Assembly (NCBI GenBank): GCA_977020255.1
Contig: CDROCS010002735.1
Span: 124,001 to 188,000 of the forward strand
Length of the DNA: 64,000 nt
DNA from: Obrimoposthia wandeli
Taxonomy: Eukaryota
Reading direction: 5' to 3'
The notes under the pieces are model-generated. The model did no database searches, was not told where the DNA came from, and was given only the letters and a program-made list of their open reading frames with translations. Of the stretch, positions 59,560 through 64,000 are shown in pieces; position 1 is the first letter of the stretch; the number at the start of each line of letters is the position of its first letter. The position numbers and the translations under genes are program-made.

Positions 59560-59998
59560 TTCCGAGATACCTAATCCCTCAGCTTCCTTAGATATTAAAG
59601 TGCGTCTCATCAATTTAATACCCTTCTTTTTGAAGAAAAGCGAAACTTAGCATAAAAAACTCTTCCATTTCACTAAGTAATATTACAATTCAAAATGTTT
59701 ACGTGTTTTATTTAACAGCGATTTTCCAATATGCTTCATCAGCTTTTTACCTAAACCATTACCTCGATGGCTAGAACATACTATTACATCAGCGCTTGCT
59801 ATAAAATCACTAATGATACGCGCGAACACCAATGAGTTACCCTCATCATCAATTAATCCTATACAGACTTGACCATTAATACAGTGCTCGGTCTCTTGTA
59901 AATGCGATCTTTACACCACCACTCTTGTTTAAATAGCTGGTGTACTTGCTTGACGTTATCTGCATAGATATCATTTCATATAAATCGTTCATATCCAT
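59560..59998 (-). pseudogene. Fragmented GNAT acetyltransferase
   Basis: Across frames: CIGLIDDEG...FARIISDF..DVIV.SSHRGNGLGKKLM.....KHFEL....E.FY.KF.F (motif A RGxGLG). Confidence 0.75.
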
Positions 59999-61618
59999 TA
60001 TTTGATGATATTAATACTGCTTTTTTCGGCACACAAATTAGTATGCCACTATGTTATCTTTGTTTGTAGTAGATTAATTCTATTCAAGTAAAGATAAGAG
60101 AAGCAACTATGGCAATCACTAAGCTTGCCAAAAGAATTAGGACTTAAAAGTAAATTAGTTTGTATAACTTTACTCACTAGCCGCAGTTAATTTAACGCCC
60201 GTTGCACCTATAGCCGTGATGGTTCTATGTAATTCTATAGCTAAATTGCGGTGTTTCTCCACTTCGTGGCGGTGCTGTCTACAAATGTTCCAAGAGGTAT
60301 CACTTACCACCACTAATTGGCCCAATCAGCATAGTATGTAAGCTGTTAATACTACGGTTAACCGCCTTTTTCGAACTGTTATCAGCTCCTTGGCAATCAT
60401 TCTTTCAAAAGGTCCTCACTGTAATACCATCGTAAAGGCCACTGATTACCTATACTCAGTTATCTCTTACAGTATTTGTTGATCAATCTGCAGATACACC
60501 TTTAGCTATATCAATACAGAACGATGAACAGCAGCCTGTTCAGCTACATTTCTAAGTATTTCAGTTTTCTGCATCAGGCGGCTTTACCAGGCACGCCCAA
60601 AAACTCATAGCGAGCAATAATAATAAGCTAACACCCAAATTAACGCAGCGTGTATCGCCTTAGATATTGTTAAACTTAGCTGCAATAAATACATAGCAAT
60701 AAGCTTTCAAAATCAAAAATGCCATGCTTGGCTGCGTTTTAACAATTCAAACTAAAGAGTTTACAATCTAAAAAGAAAATAATTCACCACAAAATCTGAG
60801 TATGAATAGCTTCTTGCCCATAACCCTTAATGATTTACTACTCCATTCAACAAAAATGTAGCAATTATTACCTTAAAACCCTTTAAAATCATAAGTCACT
60901 ATTTTTAAAATAATTACTCACTAACTCAACTTCATAAACAATGCATCACTCACCCAATAATGAAAATAATCTTAAATATGACTAAACTCATTTTTCAGCA
61001 ATTAATAAACACACAACTTCTTTCAAGCACAACGTAATATGATTAAGAATATTGCCAAAAGCGCCTACTGTGTTATGCGACAATGTCAAAAACCACTGCA
61101 ATTAACCACGCCAATTAAGGGAAAAAAACATTAAAACGGGGATTTACTGTTAAGGCTGCACCGATATAGAGCTAGAGTTTGTGCCTTAGCTCGTCCTAAC
61201 TTTGCGGTAGACACTGATAACCGATTTGAGCTTCACATACATACATCTTTTTCATAGCAGTCAAAACCAAGCTCCTTCGTTATTTTAAACTAGCTAATTG
61301 ACAGCTGATCCAATACAACATAAACCTCTTTTAGGCAGTATTAATCTTAATACAAAAAACTCAATTCTAGCCACTTCAAAGGGATGTAATGTGCATTAAC
61401 TTCCTGGGCTAACTTCAATCAAGCACCGACGTTAACTATATAGTTATTAATAACATATAAAGTAGAAACACCCTCATCTACTCTCTCTTTTATAATTAAT
61501 ATTTAAAAAGGTTGTGATGTAAATAGCTAAAGGGCAGAATATAACTAGTGCTGTCGGTTGCCATCATTCTTATCACAAGGTCTCGTCATATTAATAACCT
61601 GCTAATAAAAAGAATACT

Positions 61619-62620
61619 ATGTCTGATATCAACTTAACCGTACTTGATCAAAGCCCCTGCCCTCAAGAAAATGCCTTTAATTAACTAAATGCTGCAATGT
61701 CATTAGATTAGCGAAGAAAACTTGTGACACACTAGGCTATAGCCGCTATTGGGTCCTTCGACATCTAGCAATACACTTTGCGAACCCAAGCCCAGAAGAT
61801 CCTAGATTACCAGTATCACGCATGGTGTGACTAAAAACATGCAGGATTGGTAGTGGCGGTGTCTCCAGCTACAGTCCGTAAAGTCGCTGAAGTATTTAAT
61901 AATTAAATGCACTATTTCCCGAGCGTATTGATTTGGGCATAGGTCGCGCACCTGGTGGCGATGCGATGGCTTCATCGGCTTTTAACATGACCTTGAAAAC
62001 CAGCCACTAAATGCCAGCAATTATCACCAAGCAGCTACATTAAAAGGCATTATTGGAGCAAGATATACCTAGCGATCACCCGTGGAAAAGATTTGCAATT
62101 AAAATCTAGCCCTCAAATGTGGATATAGGTTCTAACAACAACGCTGTTAATAAGCCAAGTTGGAATGCGCGAAAAGCACAGCGCGCTTCATTTCTCCAGA
62201 TCATTGCACGCCTATTTTCGACGCACGACCAAGCTGGCATGAGGCAGGACACAGCGGCAAGCAAATCATGCTAGCCCTTGGTAGTTTTTGTGCGCAAACA
62301 CAAGAGGAAGCACAGTTACTAGCCGGCACTGCCATCTACAGGAAGATGACGAGACTGAGCGGTGCTCAAGATGCATTATTAGCGCCAGAAGAAGTACAAA
62401 ATCACCGCAAACATTTTTCAATCTCAGAGGAAGCTCACTATGCCCATCTTTTAAAGGCTATACAGTAGAGCACGCCTGAGCGCTGTAGAACTGAAATAGA
62501 AGAGCTAGCCAAGAGCTTCAATACCAATGAGATGCCGTGGTAGTATTACATATTTAGGTGGAACAGTTGTGGTGATTGTTGATTCGTATGTAACGTTGCA
62601 GGCAGCTTTGGCATGTCAGT
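61619..62620 (+). pseudogene. Fragmented LLM-class (luciferase-like) flavin monooxygenase
   Basis: MSDINLTVLDQSP, LGYSRYWV, IGSGGV, KVAEVF, LFPERIDLGIGRAPGGD across frames. Confidence 0.85.
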
Positions 62621-62699
62621 GATGATACTGATCGGTCTGGCGTCTCTGATTATTATATGTCCGGTGGGTATTAAATGTATCTGTCACCACAGTTGATAT

Positions 62700-64000
62700 T
62701 TTGTGATAACATTTACGTATTAGTCACTGGTTGGTCATTATCTCGTAATTGCGCGTTATTCGTCGAGCAGTGCGATCTCTTTAAAGATTGATTTCACTCA
62801 TTTCTTATAACCACCTTATCGATAAATGCGCTGGCGATCGGTTGATTGGAACGTCATCAATGTAAAGTAGGTATGATGAAAGTGACAGTAGCCCGTCGAT
62901 TACAGCTAATGATCTGCATATTTGTGGGCAGATCGTCACGATAATGTATAAACTTGATGCGCTTTATTATATGGCACAGTATTGGTAAACCTTAGATTCT
63001 GAAGAAACACATCATCATCTGCTGTTATTTGCTTAAACGTGTAAACGCTTGTCTATTCTGAAAACATCGTGTATATGACAACTCCAACAGTAATAACATT
63101 GTGGTGGCTAATGGTACGATGTTAGTAAAGCCTCGTTATTGACGTCGGTGGTTAAGGATTCGTTTATCTTCTAATACGTGTATGAGTGATATTACTTCTT
63201 ACAGCTGATACATTATATCTTGATCAGTTCAGCTCCCCGATCTTGTGAATGGTGGGTATAATGATGGTGTGTTTGGCATTTCCAATTGCTGGGTGGCAAG
63301 TCTTGTCATATTGAGCACGTTAAAAATTCATCGCCACCTAAGCGCCAAGAAATCACCTTCTGTGACCAAAGACTCTAATCAACAGCGCATTGTTGAAACA
63401 ACTGATCGCCAATGGCATGCCCAAAAGTATCATTGACGAATTTGAATCGATCAAGATCAATAAAAAAGAAAGATAGTTGTGTCTCAATTTTGCCATTCAT
63501 ATCTGCCAGTAACTGATCCAGCGCTTTGGCCACGAATTGGCGGTTTAGACAGCCCGTTAAGAAATCATGATTAGCTCGCTGCACCAATTCAGCCTGTGAT
63601 TTACGCTATGGTAACATCGGTGAAAACAGCGCACAAGCCACCCCCTGAGAGGTAATAGCGATTGATTTGGATGACTCGACCATCCGAGCCGTTTAGATCT
63701 TCTTGCAGTTTCATTTTGCGGGTAAGAATAATATCCACGTACTCTTGCGCCAAGATCTTGGGATCTCCAGGACCAAGCACACCCTTGCGTGCTAATTCTA
63801 GATAGTGATCTTTTAAGTTAGCTCCTTCGCGAATAGGCCCTGCAGGATTAATACCCATAGTTTCGAATTTCGAATTCCAGGTCACTAAGCGTAATTGTTC
63901 ATCGTAGGTGAAATTCCTTGGTCTATAGCATCAAAGGTCCACGCGCAGCATGTCTTATGGATTATGCTGATCGCTCTCGAAAAACATATTTTCTAGTGGA
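62700..64000 (-). pseudogene. Fragmented PAS-GGDEF(-EAL) c-di-GMP signalling gene (5' end beyond the window)
   Basis: PAS_7-like WNSKF...G.V...TDVT, A.HD.LTG..NR, FIDLDRFK.VNDTFGH..GDQL, LARLGGDEF, followed by a degraded tail. Confidence 0.8.

Overview
AT-rich chromosomal window from a probable marine gammaproteobacterium (taxon inferred from gene content and the HAD/SppA pair, not proven). No rRNA, tRNA, CRISPR array, integron integrase or prophage structural genes were recognised. Layout: (1) 1-13.4 kb: transport and redox genes (Na+-dependent NSS transporter, heterodimeric ABC exporter with a coupled small DNA-binding protein, damaged TA pair, Zn peptidase, LysR/old yellow enzyme, a 3-repeat orphan protein, SDR behind a SoxR-like promoter). 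(2) 13.4-32.3 kb: a defence/mobile hotspot (RelE/ParE-Phd, HelD-like helicase with nuclease and Zn ribbons, RAYT transposase, SauUSI-like type IV restriction enzyme plus Nudix, NERD, MazG-like, AbiE remnant, Fic remnant, HipBA) laced with MITEs and a second dispersed repeat family. (3) 32.5-45 kb: phoX, a ROK/M20/sugar-ABC/YhfX-like catabolic cluster, tenA, and MATE. (4) 45-55.5 kb: regulators, HAD/SppA, and a LysR-DsrE-reductase-DJ-1 stress operon. (5) 55.5-64 kb: recognisable but heavily frameshifted genes, possibly low-quality sequence. The best new observation is an unannotated 56-aa minus-strand microprotein present in two copies (25225-25395 and 42840-43010) that differ almost only at synonymous sites. 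It is missing from the ORF track and travels with conserved flanks; a decayed hipBA copy lies next to the second copy.
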